DNA of 6,223 nucleotides from a virus. The stretch lies in IMG/VR virus record IMGVR_UViG_3300028388_000416, positions 1-6,223 of that record; one strand, written 5' to 3'. This document shows positions 4,797 to 6,223 of the stretch, one piece after another. Below the pieces are notes generated by a model. The model saw nothing but the letters and a program-made list of their open reading frames with translations. It had not been told where the DNA came from and did not search any database. Both the position numbers and the translations under genes were made by a program. Every line of letters starts with the position of its first letter. The first letter of the stretch is position 1.

Positions 4797-6223
4797 TCAC
4801 GTCTTGCGCTTTCGCCGCGTCCTGGCTGATCTTTGCTTCCGCAATATCCCGCTCCCGGTCGTCCTGCATCAGCGTCTTTAGCCGCTCGTTATCAATCTTC
4901 ATTCGGTCGATCTGGCGCTGGTTGTCGTAGCGCATCTGGTCAACTTGCACCTTCATTGCGTCAATCTGCGCCTTCGCTTTGTCCGCCGCGATCTGGCCCA
5001 TGACTTTCTGCTGTTCAAGCTGCATCATCATTTCAGTCATGTCAGGCCCCTGGCTCTGCGCCGCCTGCATTTGCCGCTGCTCAACCTCCTCCGGGCCGGG
5101 CCAGAAGTTCGCCACGTCCTTGAAGCCCGACAACTCAAGCATCTTCGACATGGTGTGGTATAGCTTGTCGTAGCCGATGAGCCCCTGCTGGAACGCCTCC
5201 TTCTGTTCCCCGTAGATGAGGCCAAGGCGCTGCACCTGCTGCTCTCTGTCGCCCGTTCCGAGGCCCACGCTAACCGTTACGTCCGTCCGGTGCCGCCATG
5301 TCCTCGGGTTGACTGTGATATACTCGTTATTTAGCCTGACTGCGATTTCCTTGACGGGACCGGCCCGCAGGTCGCGGTGCATGTTGGCGAAGAGGCTCTT
5401 GAAGCCCGTCTCCGCAAAGATGCGCGCAATCATCAATATCTTCTTCTGCGCCGCCGAAACGAGCAATTGCGCCCCGCCCAGCGTGTTCTTGTTGATGGCG
5501 TCGGGGTCGAGGCCTTGAGACGTGCGCGTGACGCCCGTTCGCTTCTCCCCTAGCTGGTCAACGTATTCGATGGCCGCAAGCGACTGCTGCGCCGTCTGTG
5601 GGGGCTGTAGGTAGCCCACCGAGTTCATCCCGCCGGGAATGCGGATGTTCCGACCCAGGCCAGTGAACGACAGGTCTTGCGTGGCCTCTGGCGTCATCTG
5701 GTCCTGGTCAACCACAACGTCCGGGTTGTTCGATCCAACCACGTTGTCCATAAACTGCCGCGTCAGGACCGTCTTGATGCGCTGCAAGTCCTGCACGAGT
5801 TCCGCCGTGGACAAACCATAATGACGGTGCGGGATGGGGATAGGTGACAAGCACTCGAATGGCACGTCCGTCACCTGCTCGATGGCCAGCCTGCGGTTGC
5901 GCTTGAGTATCTTTCCGCTGTCGCCGCCCGTGAACACCTGCAACTGCTCCGCTATGCCGTCCCCGTCCCGGTCAGCAAGCACGTAATTTTCGTAAACCAG
6001 CACTTCGCGCATACTGTCGTCAGTCGCGTTGAAGTCCGTCTCGTGGAACTCCTGATCCGACCAGCGAACGACCGCTTCCTCGCTCTCCAGCTTCTTGTCG
6101 AACGTCGGCAGCTCTTCGACTTCCTTGCGGTCAAAGCCCATCTGAACCAACTCAGAAATCGTGATGGGCCGCTTATGCGCCACGAACGGGCACCCCTTAA
6201 AGTCAACGCGGGTCCATTGCGGG
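4780..6223 (-). CDS. Portal protein, 5'-partial (N-terminus beyond the right edge), with a long helical C-terminal extension
   Basis: The track ORF is listed from GTG 6183, but the same frame stays open to the window edge (...PQWTRVDFKGCPF-VAHKRPITISEL...), so the true start is upstream of the window. At over 480 aa it is the first gene of the portal-scaffold-capsid order. The roughly 105-residue C-terminal tail, rich in Gln, Met, Lys, Asp and Ala, resembles the P22 gp1 barrel region as I remember it. Confidence 0.9.
   Translation of the reverse strand, partial: PQWTRVDFKGCPFVAHKRPITISELVQMGFDRKEVEELPTFDKKLESEEAVVRWSDQEFHETDFNATDDSMREVLVYENYVLADRDGDGIAEQLQVFTGGDSGKILKRNRRLAIEQVTDVPFECLSPIPIPHRHYGLSTAELVQDLQRIKTVLTRQFMDNVVGSNNPDVVVDQDQMTPEATQDLSFTGLGRNIRIPGGMNSVGYLQPPQTAQQSLAAIEYVDQLGEKRTGVTRTSQGLDPDAINKNTLGGAQLLVSAAQKKILMIARIFAETGFKSLFANMHRDLRAGPVKEIAVRLNNEYITVNPRTWRHRTDVTVSVGLGTGDREQQVQRLGLIYGEQKEAFQQGLIGYDKLYHTMSKMLELSGFKDVANFWPGPEEVEQRQMQAAQSQGPDMTEMMMQLEQQKVMGQIAADKAKAQIDAMKVQVDQMRYDNQRQIDRMKIDNERLKTLMQDDRERDIAEAKISQDAAKAQDVNGPQS

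Noticed and set aside
1-6223. Scan for CRISPR repeats, tRNA/tmRNA-like cloverleaf regions, att-like direct repeats, DGR template/variable repeat pairs, IS ends, and defence or toxin-antitoxin genes
   Set aside because: No spaced direct repeats or long duplicated segments were visible by eye. There is no non-coding interval longer than about 25 nt once the small ORFs are placed. Every gene fits a virion morphogenesis operon. This was a by-eye scan only, so a computational repeat or RNA-gene search could still find something I missed.

Overview
This GC-rich window is filled by one minus-strand operon: the head-to-tail morphogenesis module of a tailed phage or prophage, with podovirus-type (P22/T7-like) gene order. 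Reading 5'->3' on the minus strand: portal protein (N-terminus lies beyond the right edge; long Gln/charged helical C-terminal tail) -> 69-aa helical ORF -> 33-codon ORF -> acidic coiled-coil scaffolding protein -> ~315-aa HK97-fold-type major capsid protein -> four small ORFs (98, 50, 99 and 116 aa; the 50-aa one is below the ORF-track cutoff) -> 195-aa ORF in the head-tail adaptor slot -> a large ORF in the tail hub/nozzle slot. That last ORF runs off the left edge, so it is missing from the ORF track. No prohead protease gene lies between portal and capsid, which fits scaffold-dependent, P22/T7-style assembly. All plus-strand ORFs look like GC-rich antisense shadows. I found no tRNA/rRNA, CRISPR array, transposase/integrase, DGR-like repeat pair or defence-type gene, and no evidence for a novel non-phage system. 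Points worth a second look: (1) an in-frame TAA separates a well-initiated 33-codon ORF from a scaffold ORF that has no ATG codon; (2) an unlisted 50-aa basic ORF has an AT-hook-like KKRGRPP motif and lies in frame behind the TAG of the preceding gene; (3) a GC-only stem-loop sits in the last codons of the post-capsid gene; (4) a block of four small genes of unknown function lies between capsid and adaptor. Functional names rest on gene order, size, composition and remembered family motifs. No database search was run.
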